Shown here piece after piece: positions 7,341 to 16,300 of a stretch of 32,000 bases of DNA (positions within the stretch are counted from its first letter, which is position 1; the number at the start of each line of letters is the position of its first letter). This DNA comes from Treponemataceae bacterium (GTDB lineage: Bacteria; Spirochaetota; Spirochaetia; Treponematales; Rectinemataceae). The stretch spans positions 1,848,900-1,880,899 of the forward strand of contig CAXXVZ010000003.1 in the NCBI GenBank assembly GCA_963678065.2, written 5' to 3'. The notes beneath the pieces were generated by a model. The model was not told where the DNA came from, searched no databases, and saw nothing but the letters and a program-made list of their open reading frames with translations. A program made the position numbers and the translations under genes.

Positions 7341-9164
7341 TCAGCTCAGGATTCCGTAGATGCGCCTGACGCCGGCGCTCGACGACTGCTCTTTCTGGAT
7401 GCGGAAGCTGCCGAGGAGGCCTGTGCGCTCGATGTGCGGACCGCCGCAGACCTCCTTGGAGAAGTCGCCGATCGTGTAGACCTTCACGTTCTCCTCGTAC
7501 TTCTCGCCGAACAGCGCCGTGGCGCCCGAGGCCACCGCATCGTCGAGCTTCATCATAGCCATGGTGACGGGCAGATCCCGCTTGATCTGTTCGTTGACGA
7601 TGGCCTCGACCCTCTCGATCTCTTCCTTCGTCATGGGCGCGGGGTGGGAGAAGTCGAAGCGCATGCGCTCGGAGGTGATGTTGGAGCCCTTCTGGTTGAC
7701 ATGCTCGCCGAGGACGTTCTTGAGGGCCCTGTGCAGGAGGTGGGTCGCCGTGTGGTACTTCGTGGAGATTTCGGAGTTATCCGCGAGGCCGCCCTTGAAT
7801 ATCTGCTCGCTGCCGGCCCGGGAGAGTTCCTGGTGTTTTTTGTAGGCCTCGTCGAATTCTCCGCGGTTGACGGCCAGGCCACTCTCGGCGGCGAGTTCCA
7901 GAGTCAGCTCGATGGGGAAGCCGTAGGTGTCGTAGAGCTTGAAGGCGAGGCGGCCAGACATGGTTTTCATGGGGTTCTTGAGGAGGTTTGGCAGCATCTT
8001 GGCAAACTCGTGCTCGCCGTTCTGCAGGGTCCCGAGGAATTTGGCCTCCTCGGCCGCGAGTTCTTCCATGATTCGCGCCCGATTCTCGACAAGCTCGGGA
8101 TAGGGAGCGGCGTAGTTGTCGATGACGAGGGCGGCGGGCTCGGAGAGGAAGGGCCGCTCGATGCCGAGCTTGCGGCCGTGGCGGATGGCGCGGCGGATGA
8201 TCCTGCGGAGCACGTAGCCCGCCCCCACGTTGGAGGGGGTCACCGCCTTGGGATCGCCCAGAATGAAGGTCGCGGTGCGGACGTGGTCGGCGATGATGCG
8301 GAAGGACTTGTCCACCTCGGGATCGTCGCCGTGGGCCTCACCTGCCGCGCTGTCCCCGGCCTTGTATTTTTTGCCCGTGATCGACTCGAGGAGGGCGAGG
8401 ACGGGCGTGAAGGCTTCGGTGTCGTAGACGGATTTCTTGCCCTGGAGCATGGCGACAGTGCGCTCGATGCCCATGCCCGTGTCGACGCAGGGAGCCGCGA
8501 GAGGGACGTATTTCCCCTCGGCCGACTTGTTGTACTGCATGAAGACGTCGTTCCAGACCTCGAAGTATTTGCCGCAGTGACAGCCGGGCTTGCAGTCGGG
8601 ACCGCAGGCTTCCTTCCCTGTGTCGACGAACATTTCCGAGTCCGGGCCGCAGGGGCCGGTTTCGCCGGCTGGGCCCCACCAGTTGTCCCCGCGCGGGAGA
8701 AAGTGGATGCGCTCGTCGGGGATGCCCTGCTTTTTCCAGATGCTCGCCGAGACATCGTCGCGGGGGATGCCCTCCTCGCCGGCGAAAACAGTCACCGAGA
8801 GCCTGTCCACGGGAATGCCGAGATATTCGGGCTTGGTGAGGAACTCGAAGGACCAGGCGATGGCCTCCTCCTTGAAGTAGTCGCCGAGCGACCAGTTGCC
8901 CAGCATCTCGAAGAAGGTGAGGTGGGAGGGATCGCCGACCGCCTCGATATCGCCTGTGCGGATGCACTTCTGGTAGTCGGTCAGGCGCTTGCCCGCGGGA
9001 TGCGGCTCGCCGAGGAGATAGGGAACGAGAGGGTGCATGCCCGCCGTCGTGAAGAGGACGGTCGGGTCGTTCTCGGGAATGAGGGATTTGCCGGAAATCT
9101 CGACGTGTCCCCTCGCCTTGAAAAATTCTATGTATTTCGTACGCAGTTCATGGATTGTAATCAT
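7341..9164 (-). CDS. alaS: alanine--tRNA ligase, short form (607 aa: catalytic, tRNA-recognition and editing domains; no C-Ala domain)
   Basis: N-terminus MITIHELRTKYIEFFKARGHVEISGKSLIPENDPTVLFTTAGMHP...FFEMLGNWSLGDYFK is a class II AlaRS core. Editing-domain motifs HTATHLLHRAL and CGGPH are present. The protein ends about 35 aa after CGGPH. Confidence 0.92.
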   Translation of the reverse strand: MITIHELRTKYIEFFKARGHVEISGKSLIPENDPTVLFTTAGMHPLVPYLLGEPHPAGKRLTDYQKCIRTGDIEAVGDPSHLTFFEMLGNWSLGDYFKEEAIAWSFEFLTKPEYLGIPVDRLSVTVFAGEEGIPRDDVSASIWKKQGIPDERIHFLPRGDNWWGPAGETGPCGPDSEMFVDTGKEACGPDCKPGCHCGKYFEVWNDVFMQYNKSAEGKYVPLAAPCVDTGMGIERTVAMLQGKKSVYDTEAFTPVLALLESITGKKYKAGDSAAGEAHGDDPEVDKSFRIIADHVRTATFILGDPKAVTPSNVGAGYVLRRIIRRAIRHGRKLGIERPFLSEPAALVIDNYAAPYPELVENRARIMEELAAEEAKFLGTLQNGEHEFAKMLPNLLKNPMKTMSGRLAFKLYDTYGFPIELTLELAAESGLAVNRGEFDEAYKKHQELSRAGSEQIFKGGLADNSEISTKYHTATHLLHRALKNVLGEHVNQKGSNITSERMRFDFSHPAPMTKEEIERVEAIVNEQIKRDLPVTMAMMKLDDAVASGATALFGEKYEENVKVYTIGDFSKEVCGGPHIERTGLLGSFRIQKEQSSSAGVRRIYGILS

Positions 9165-9171
9165 GGCAGGC

Positions 9172-9201
9172 AGTGTAGAGCATGTCGCGGAAAAACGTCA
9201 A
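9172..9201 (-). promoter_or_regulatory. candidate alaS promoter with leaderless geometry
   Basis: On the minus strand: TTGACG (9201-9196), 18-nt spacer, TACACT (9177-9172). Only 7 nt (GCCTGCC, no Shine-Dalgarno) separate it from the alaS ATG at 9164. Confidence 0.45.
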
Positions 9202-9232
9202 TTCGTGGATGCGGAAAGGACGATCCTGCAGT

Positions 9233-9266
9233 ATACTATAAACGAACGATCATTCATTTATAGTAT
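9233..9266. promoter_or_regulatory. perfect 10-bp inverted repeat (candidate operator) in the AT-rich island upstream of the SDR gene
   Basis: ATACTATAAA (9233-9242), 14-nt spacer, TTTATAGTAT (9257-9266). The right arm contains a TATAGT -10-like hexamer (9259-9264), 10 nt upstream of the GGGAGG RBS (9275-9280). Confidence 0.45.
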
Positions 9267-9286
9267 CGTGTCTCGGGAGGAAGTCC

Positions 9287-10450
9287 ATGAATGTCCTTGT
9301 AACGGGAGCCCTCGGAAATGTGGGGACCAGCACAGTCCGCGCCCTGCTCGGGCGGGGCGACCGCGTGACAGTCTTCGAGGCCGACACCCGGAAGACGAGG
9401 CGGGCGGCGGAAAAGTTTGCCCGCTCGATCCGGCAGCGAGGCAGCGCGGGAAGCGGCTCCGCCCCGGAGGGACCAAGCGGGGGATGCCGCTTCGTTTTCG
9501 GCGATATACGGGACGAAAAGGCCCTGGTCCGGGCACTCTCGACCTCCTCCGATCTCGCGGATTTAGGCGGAATCGTCGGCGTCGACAGGGCCTTCGACGA
9601 TGTGGGTACCGCGGCAGGATGTGGCATGGTGGATGCTGTCTGCCACCTCGCCGCCGTCATTCCGCCCGCCGCGGACAAAGTTCCGGGTCTCGCCGATTCG
9701 GTCAACACAGGAGGAACCGCCGCCCTGATCGGCGCCTGTCGCGCGGCGGCCGACGCCGCTGGAGCTCCGGCGCCGAGGATAATCCTCGCCTCGAGCATCG
9801 CGGTGTACGGCGACAGACTCGGCTCGCCCATGATCCGGAGCGGCGACATCCCCGCCCCCGACGACGTCTACGGGCGGAGCAAGCTCGAGTGCGAGCGGAT
9901 ACTGCGCTCCTCGGGCCTGCCCTGGACCATCTTCCGCCTCACCTACATCGTGTCTCCCGGCTGGATCGATCCCGACCCCATGCTCTTCGACATGCCAATC
10001 TCCACCAAGATCGAAATATGCCACACGGAGGACGCGGGAAGGGCATTCGCGGCCGCAGTCCACTGCCCGGAGACAGCCGGAAGAATCCTCGACATAGGCG
10101 GTGGAAGCTCATGCCGCACGGTATTCCGCTCCTATCTCGACAGAATGTTCAGGAGTTTCGGCCTGGGGAGCTCGGCCTTCCTTCCCGATGCGGCCTTCGC
10201 CAGAGGGAACTTCCACTGTGGCTGGTACGAGGACAGCGACGAGGTCGAAGCTATGCTCGGGTTCCGGACGAAGAACCTCGAGGACTACTATTCCGAGGTG
10301 CAGTGGAAGATGAGGAGACTCAGGTTTTTTGCCTCGCTCGTCGCACCGATCGTCCGGTGGCGGCTCCTCGCCCTGAGCCCTTACCTGTCTGCCAGGGGTT
10401 TTTCCCGACCGCCCGTACCGGCCTCCGCGAACGGCCTGCCCCGCCCTTAA
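9287..10450 (+). CDS. NAD(P)-dependent epimerase/dehydratase-family (extended SDR) protein with a hydrophobic or amphipathic C-terminal tail
   Basis: Rossmann motif VLVTGALGNVGTS and catalytic YGRSK (YxxxK). GGGAGG RBS 7 nt upstream of the ATG. A Gly/Ser-rich insertion (RGSAGSGSAPEGPSGG) follows the first beta-alpha-beta unit. Confidence 0.85.
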   Translation: MNVLVTGALGNVGTSTVRALLGRGDRVTVFEADTRKTRRAAEKFARSIRQRGSAGSGSAPEGPSGGCRFVFGDIRDEKALVRALSTSSDLADLGGIVGVDRAFDDVGTAAGCGMVDAVCHLAAVIPPAADKVPGLADSVNTGGTAALIGACRAAADAAGAPAPRIILASSIAVYGDRLGSPMIRSGDIPAPDDVYGRSKLECERILRSSGLPWTIFRLTYIVSPGWIDPDPMLFDMPISTKIEICHTEDAGRAFAAAVHCPETAGRILDIGGGSSCRTVFRSYLDRMFRSFGLGSSAFLPDAAFARGNFHCGWYEDSDEVEAMLGFRTKNLEDYYSEVQWKMRRLRFFASLVAPIVRWRLLALSPYLSARGFSRPPVPASANGLPRP

Positions 10451-10492
10451 GTCCGGGATGGTCAGCCGGAGGCTTCGGTTCGCGCGAAAGCT

Positions 10493-11065
10493 CTAGGGAA
10501 GGCTGAGGCCGAAGGCGCGCTCACTCGCCGCGACGATGAACTCCGTCACCTCCGCCTGCCCGATTCCGATGCCGGAGCGGCTTCCCAGGCTGACGACATC
10601 GAGACTTCCGAGCAGGATGACGGCGAGGGCCGTGCGTATGAAGGAGAGAGGCATATCGCGCGCCAAGTCCCCGAGGCCCCCGCCCACAAGATCCGCGAGC
10701 CTGTCCAGCTTGGCGCCGAGGGCGCCGGCCCCCGCCCCTTCCTTCAGCAGGATGGCGATGAGGTCGACATCGCCGTAGAGGGTGGGCAGGGCCTGCCGGA
10801 CGAGGAAACCGAGCCTGGTCCCGGGGTCATGGCAGGCCGAAAGGCCCGCTTCGAGATAGGATGAAAACTCCTCCCATCCCTCCTCGATGACGGCGACGAG
10901 GATGTCGTCTTTGCCACGGAAGTAGGTGTAGACGCTGCCGACGGGAATTCCGGCCTCGGCCGCGAGGGCCGCCACGCTGGAAGCGGCGAAGCCATGCAGG
11001 GCGAAGAGCCTTTTCGCGGCCGAAAGGATTGCCCTTCTCCGCGATTCATCGGGGACGCGGGACAA
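10493..11065 (-). CDS. TetR/AcrR-family transcriptional regulator
   Basis: N-terminal HTH pattern RRRAILSAAKRLFALHGFAASSVAALAAEAGIPVGSVYTYFRGKDDIL. It starts 3 nt after the stop of the upstream asparaginase-like gene. Confidence 0.85.
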   Translation of the reverse strand: MSRVPDESRRRAILSAAKRLFALHGFAASSVAALAAEAGIPVGSVYTYFRGKDDILVAVIEEGWEEFSSYLEAGLSACHDPGTRLGFLVRQALPTLYGDVDLIAILLKEGAGAGALGAKLDRLADLVGGGLGDLARDMPLSFIRTALAVILLGSLDVVSLGSRSGIGIGQAEVTEFIVAASERAFGLSLP

Positions 11066-11068
11066 GGA

Positions 11069-11569
11069 TCACCCGCCCGTATATTCGAAGACGCCGAGAG
11101 TGCGGTTCTTCTCGACCCTGTCCCAGGGGAAAAACCTGCCGTTCATGGCGATGTAGACCCCTTCGGGCAGGAGCTGGACCGCCGCCACCGCCGTGCCGAA
11201 ATTGAAGAGCGCGTCCGAACCCTGGATCTTGAAGGGGACCATGGCTCCCGTGAGGACGATAGTCTTGCCGAGCCCGGCCGCGCCGAGAAGGGCCGCGGTC
11301 TTGGCCATGGTATCGGTGCCGTGCGTGATGACGATGCGCGTCTCGGCGGCGGAGCTGCAGGCCTCGAGGACGGAGCGCCTGTTGTCGTCCTGCATCTGGA
11401 GGCTGTCGATGAGCTGGTTTGTCTCCACGCGGATCGGAAGGGTCACGCGGACCTGTTTCAGAATCTCGGGCAGGTGCGACTCCTTGAAGGTGAGTTCGCC
11501 ACGGATCTCGTCGTAATGCTTGTCGAAGGTGCCGCCGGTAACGATGACCAGGATGGATTCGGTTGTCAT
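11069..11569 (-). CDS. asparaginase N-terminal-domain-only protein (166 aa)
   Basis: Both catalytic-threonine motifs of the L-asparaginase/GatD N-terminal domain are present (VTGGTFDK and ITHGTDTMA), but there is no C-terminal domain. I prefer the ATG at 11569. The track start at 11605 is a TTG that I read as the -35 element. Confidence 0.75.
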   Translation of the reverse strand: MTTESILVIVTGGTFDKHYDEIRGELTFKESHLPEILKQVRVTLPIRVETNQLIDSLQMQDDNRRSVLEACSSAAETRIVITHGTDTMAKTAALLGAAGLGKTIVLTGAMVPFKIQGSDALFNFGTAVAAVQLLPEGVYIAMNGRFFPWDRVEKNRTLGVFEYTGG

Positions 11570-11575
11570 GGAAGG

Positions 11576-11605
11576 ATTATGTATCGGTTTCCGGAAAAAC
11601 AGCAA
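11576..11605 (-). promoter_or_regulatory. candidate promoter of the asparaginase-like/TetR operon, leaderless geometry
   Basis: On the minus strand: TTGCTG (11605-11600), 18-nt spacer, CATAAT (11581-11576). Six nt (CCTTCC, no SD) separate it from the ATG at 11569. Confidence 0.45.
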
Positions 11606-11686
11606 GTAAAAACGCCTTCTTACTCCTTCCGCCCGCGCCCTTCAGCCTCCTTTTTCCTCTGCCGCGCAAGGGACTTTGAGGAGGAC

Positions 11687-11714
11687 TTGACGTGGCCCCG
11701 ATAACCCGTACAAT
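11687..11714 (+). promoter_or_regulatory. candidate sigma70-type promoter of the SLT lipoprotein gene
   Basis: TTGACG (11687-11692), 16-nt spacer, TACAAT (11709-11714). AGGGAG RBS about 10 nt upstream of the ATG at 11770. Confidence 0.55.
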
Positions 11715-11769
11715 GATAAAGTGTGAGACGTCATAATTTTTAATTCACTTCAGGGAGTGAGTATATCGA

Positions 11770-12483
11770 ATGAATGGATGGAAACGACGATTCCGTGCGT
11801 GGCCGGTTTTTTTGATATGTATCATTCTTTCAATGACTTCTTGTGGAATGACCCGCCCCGAACCCCAAGCATCGAATGAAGAGACCATAAAACTTTCCTT
11901 ACTTTCCCCGGACAAATACCACAGCTACCTCATGACAAAAACCAAGGACGATGTAATATCAGAGTTATATTCCGACAAGAAAAGCGCCGAGAATGTCAAG
12001 GGGTTTTTCACGGACCTGACACGATCGGAGAAAGTCGCGACCGCTATCCTGGACAACTCGGTGAAGAATGCCGTTCCCGTCGACCTCGCCTTCGCGCTCG
12101 CCTTCGAAGAGAGCATGTTCCGCACGGATGCCGTGCACAGGAACGCGGGCTCGGTTGACAGAGGACTCTTCCAGCTCAATTCGAAATCCTTCCCCGCTCT
12201 CACCGAGGCCCAGGCCTTCGACCCGCAAAGGAACGCGGAGACTGCCCTCGGCTACTTCGGATCCTGTCTCGAGAAGGGGAAGAATGAGGTCGCGGCCCTC
12301 GCGATGTACAATGCGGGGCACAACAGGGTCTCGGGGCCAGGGACACCCAGAACGACACTGGATTACATAGCGAGGATACAGAACTATCGGCAGAATCTCG
12401 CCGATCTTTTCGCCGCGAGGGTCACGGCCAGGAACGGGCTGCGTGGTTCGGTGAACCTGAGTCTCGCCTCCACCGTCTACTGA
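11770..12483 (+). CDS. lytic transglycosylase (SLT/GH23 domain) lipoprotein
   Basis: Signal peptide with lipobox-like ILSMTSC. SLT catalytic region AFEESMFRTDAV...GLFQLN...AMYNAGHNRV. Confidence 0.85.
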   Translation: MNGWKRRFRAWPVFLICIILSMTSCGMTRPEPQASNEETIKLSLLSPDKYHSYLMTKTKDDVISELYSDKKSAENVKGFFTDLTRSEKVATAILDNSVKNAVPVDLAFALAFEESMFRTDAVHRNAGSVDRGLFQLNSKSFPALTEAQAFDPQRNAETALGYFGSCLEKGKNEVAALAMYNAGHNRVSGPGTPRTTLDYIARIQNYRQNLADLFAARVTARNGLRGSVNLSLASTVY

Positions 12484-13175
12484 ATCGCCTGCTTGGGCTT
12501 CGTCGGCCTGCCTGCGGCGGAGGCTCCCGCGGCGGAGGCGGTGCCCGCGACGATGCCTCCGGCAGCGCCTTTGGCGGCATCGGGGGCGGCGAACCGCCCG
12601 ACGATGAAGGCCACGACGGATTCCAGGCTCCGGGCATCGTTCTTGCCCAGCACCGAAATGCGGAATATGGCGGCCTCTATGAGGGCATAGATCATCTCGG
12701 CCGCAGGTTTCACGGGAAAACGATCGAATTCTCCCGAGTTCTGTCCCTCGATGATGAGGCCCGAGAGAATGTGCCGCAGGCGTATCGTCCGCCTCCGCAC
12801 TCTCTCCTCCGCGTCTCCGCCGGAAGCCCGGATGTGCCGGAGATAATCGGTGACTACGCCGAGCAGCTTCGACTCGCGCGAGCAGACCTCGACAGCCATG
12901 GCAGTGATGGCGATGAGCTTCTCCGACTGAGTTTTCCCCGGGTCCACGCCGATGGTCTTGATCTCCGTTTCAAGCTTTTCGGTGAAGAGCTTGATGCTGA
13001 AGGCGAATATCTCTTTCTTGTTCTTGAAATACAGGTAGAGGATCGTCCGGGTGATGCCGCAGCGTTCGGCGATCTTCTGGAACGTTGTGTCCTCGTAGCC
13101 TTCGTTCACGAACACGTCGAGAGCTTTTTCCAGTATTTCCGTTTTGCGCTTATCGTGCGCCACCGCGACTGACAC
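12477..13175 (-). CDS. TetR/AcrR-family transcriptional regulator with an Ala/Gly-rich C-terminal tail
   Basis: HTH pattern KRKTEILEKALDVFVNEGYEDTTFQKIAERCGITRTILYLYFKNKKEIF. GTG start at 13175 with a GGGGGG SD-like run upstream. Its 3' end overlaps the SLT gene stop by 7 nt (convergent). Confidence 0.85.
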   Translation of the reverse strand: MSVAVAHDKRKTEILEKALDVFVNEGYEDTTFQKIAERCGITRTILYLYFKNKKEIFAFSIKLFTEKLETEIKTIGVDPGKTQSEKLIAITAMAVEVCSRESKLLGVVTDYLRHIRASGGDAEERVRRRTIRLRHILSGLIIEGQNSGEFDRFPVKPAAEMIYALIEAAIFRISVLGKNDARSLESVVAFIVGRFAAPDAAKGAAGGIVAGTASAAGASAAGRPTKPKQAIQ

Positions 13176-13199
13176 TTTTACCCCCCATGTCTTTATGTA

Positions 13200-13208
13200 A
13201 GTATATCA
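13200..13208 (-). promoter_or_regulatory. extended -10 element (TGnTATACT) for the TetR gene
   Basis: The minus strand reads TGATATACT (13208-13200), about 25 nt upstream of the GTG at 13175. It lies in an AT-rich patch of an otherwise GC-rich region. Confidence 0.4.
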
Positions 13209-13230
13209 GAGATCAATTCACGGCGGAAGC

Positions 13231-13240
13231 ATGAATTCAT
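13231..13240. promoter_or_regulatory. perfect 10-bp palindrome, candidate TetR operator between divergent promoters
   Basis: ATGAATTCAT is self-complementary. It lies 9 nt upstream of the -35 of the plus-strand promoter and over the -35 zone of the minus-strand TetR promoter. Confidence 0.3.
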
Positions 13241-13248
13241 CGCGGGTC

Positions 13249-13277
13249 TTGTCCGCTTCGCGGCCTGGGGGTATAGT
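13249..13277 (+). promoter_or_regulatory. candidate sigma70-type promoter of the GH13-like operon
   Basis: TTGTCC (13249-13254), 17-nt spacer, TATAGT (13272-13277). AAGGAG RBS at 13298-13303 and ATG at 13309. Confidence 0.5.
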
Positions 13278-13308
13278 TCGACCACACGACAGGCGGCAAG
13301 GAGTGTCC

Positions 13309-16300
13309 ATGGAAATGATCAAGGGAATGGTCGTTCGTCTGACCGCGCTCGAAGGCGACGGGCCCCTCGAGCCCCGCCCCGGCGACAGGATTATGGAATT
13401 CCATGTGCGCAAGACGATCAGGGAAGACTTGTCCATGGATCGGGCGCTGTTCAGGACGACGGGCAACGTCATCCTGCCCGACTTCCTCGCCTCCCGGACG
13501 ATGGCGGAGAGGATCAACCGCACGCCTTCCGTCAGCGCTCTCGCGAAGACCCCGGTCAGCGCGGGGCGGCTCAACGCGATGGCCCTGATCGACGAAGTCC
13601 TGCACGACATCGCGCGGATCTACCGCGAACAGGTCGCGCCCGAGGCATTCTCCGCCGCCCTCGACGAGATCGGCACCATCTTCGGGGGAAGTCGGCTCGA
13701 AGCCCTCCTTGTCGCCTTCACCCAGGCTTTCCCTCCGCTCGCCGTACAGGCTGGCTCCATGACCGCCTCGAGCTGGCTCGCCGGCTCCACGGCCGCGGGT
13801 ATCTCCAACAGGGAGCTCGCCCTCGAGGAACTCATCCTCATGCATCTGGCCAACGAGAACCCGGCCTTCTCTCCTTTCCGTTTCCTGTTTGACAACGGCG
13901 CCGTGAACGATGCCGCATCGGGCCCTGCTGTCCGGAGCCGGAAGTCCGGCCCCGGCTCTCTCGCCGCGGACCCGGCCTATTTCATGGCCTTCGATGCCCT
14001 GGAAAAAACCTTCGCCCACATGCCGCCTTTCGGCCCCGAAGGGCAGGACCTCCTCAGCCTGCTGCGCGCGCCCGCCGCGGCCAGCCCCGACTCGCTCACG
14101 GGCCAGCTCGAGTTCATGAGGAAAAAGTGGGGTTTCGTCGCCGAGTTCCGCAGTCTCCGCCTTCTCGGCGCCCTCGACCTCATGGCCGAAGAGGAAAAGC
14201 CGCGATTTCCCCCCGGCCCCGGACCGACCAAGGCCTACGAGTACCGCAGCGCCGAACCGGAATACGAACGCTACTCGTCCGATCTCCAGTGGATGCCCAA
14301 TGTCGTCATGCTCGCGAAGAGCACTCTCGTCTGGCTCCACCAGCTCTCGGTCAGCTACGGCAGACCCATCACGCGGCTCGACCAGATCCCCGACGAAGAG
14401 CTCGATGTCATCTCGTCGCGAGGGTTCACGGTCCTCTGGCTCATCGGGCTCTGGGAGCGGAGCGCCGCGAGCGAGCAGATCAAGAAGTATTGCGGTAATC
14501 CCGAGGCGGCGGCCTCGGCCTACTCCCTCTTCGACTACGAGATCGCGCAGGAGATCGGTGGCTGGGAAGCCCTCGGCAACCTTAAGGAGCGCTGTCAGGT
14601 CCGGGGCATCAGACTCGGCGCCGACATGGTGCCGAACCACACCGGCCTCGACTCGGCCTGGATCAGGGAGAGGCCCGAACTCTTCATAAGCTCGCGGATC
14701 TGCCCCTATCCGGGCTACACGTGGAACGGCCCTGACCTCTCGCGGGATCCGCGCATCGGGCTCTGGCTCGAGGACCACTACTACGACCGCTCGGACGCCG
14801 CAGTCGTTTTCAAGCGCCTGGACAGATGGACGGGCAGGGTCGACTACATCTACCACGGCAACGACGGCACGGGCATGGCATGGAACGACACGGCCCAGAT
14901 CGACTTCCTGAACCCGGCCGCGCGCGAGGCGGTCAAGGAGCGCATCCTCCACGTGGCGAGGAGCTTCCCGGTCATCCGCTTCGACGCGGCCATGGTCCTC
15001 GCGAAGCGTCACATAAAGCGGCTCTGGTACCCGGAGCCGGGACGCGGCGGCGACGTGCCATCGCGCTCGGAGCACGCCATGTCCGCCGAGGCCTTCGATG
15101 CGGCCATTCCGGAAGAATTCTGGCGCGAGGTCGTCGACATGTGCGCGAAGGAGGCGCCCGACACCCTCCTTCTCGCGGAGGCCTTCTGGATGATGGAAGG
15201 CTACTTCGTGAGGACCCTCGGCATGCACCGCGTCTACAACTCGGCCTTCATGAACATGCTGAAGCGCGAGGAAAACGCGAAATACCGCGAGACGATCCGG
15301 AACACCCAGGAGTTCGACCGCGAGATACTCAAGCGCTTCGTCAACTTCATGAACAACCCCGACGAGGAGCCCGCGATCGCCCAGTTCGGTTCGGGCGACA
15401 AGTACTTCGGTGTCTGCACGCTCATGGCTACCATGCCGGGACTGCCCATGTTCGGGCACGGGCAGGTCGAGGGTTTCTCCGAGAAGTACGGCATGGAGTA
15501 CCGCCGGTCCTACCGGGACGAGAAGCCGGACCAGGCCTTGGTCGGGCGGCACGCCCGCGAAATATTCCCCCTGCTCAAGCGGCGCGGCCTCTACGCCGGC
15601 GTCGACAACTTCCTTCTCTTCGACTTCCGCGACTCAGGCGGCGTCAACGAGAACGTCTTTGCCTACACGAACGGGACGGGGACTGACATACCGCGGCGCG
15701 GCGTGGAGGAGTCCTTCCGGCATCCGGCCGGAAAGCTCGACGGACCCGGGGCTCACGGGCACCGGAGCCTCGTCGTCTACAACAACGCCTACGCCAGGGC
15801 TTCCGGCTCGATCCGTCAGTCCTGTCCCTTCGTCGTCAAGCTCGATTCCGGCGAGAAGCGACTCGATACCGCCACGCTCGCGGAAGGCCTCGGCGTCGCC
15901 GGCGCGCCGGAAAGCTTCCTCGCGATGCGGGAGCTCCGGAGCGGACTCTGGTACCTCTTCAGCTGCCGCGACATCATCGCACAAGGCCTCGACTTCGATC
16001 TTGACGGATACGCCTGCAAGGTCTTCCTCGACCTCCACATCATCGACGACAACGAGAAGGGCATCTGCGCCTCCGTCTACGGCGCGCTGGGCAAAGGCGG
16101 CATCCCGAAGCTCTCCGCGGCCTTCGCCGACGCGAAGAGGCCTTTCCTGTACTCCGCATTCGCCGCGGTCGTCCACGCGGGAGCCGGAGCCTGCGCGGCG
16201 GGACAGATCGACAATGCGCAGGAAATCGCGGATCTCCGGGAAAAGGCGCGGATCTTCTACGCCGAGTTCCTCGAATTCCTGCGGCGCGAGGCCTCGGAGC

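Noticed and set aside
7320-9263. 647-codon ORF on the plus strand covering the whole of alaS in antisense
   Set aside because: Its composition (dominated by G, D, E, V, A, L, R) is what results from reading G/C-ending codons backwards. It has no recognisable motifs. The minus-strand frame encodes an unmistakable AlaRS. This is a shadow ORF of a GC-rich gene.
11606-11769. Possible c-di-AMP (ydaO-type) riboswitch upstream of the cell-wall hydrolase gene, given the cdaA operon in the window
   Set aside because: The predicted leader from the TACAAT -10 to the ATG is only about 55 nt. That is too short for this riboswitch class, and no conserved pseudo-symmetric motif is visible.
13237-15552. 771-codon antisense ORF opposite the GH13-like gene, plus similar long antisense ORFs at 2445-3689, 5302-6426, 17558-18631, 20176-21471 and 26038-27351
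   Set aside because: They show the same shadow-ORF signature: Gly/Asp/Glu/Arg-rich, no domains, always opposite a well-supported gene, and they start in intergenic or arbitrary positions.
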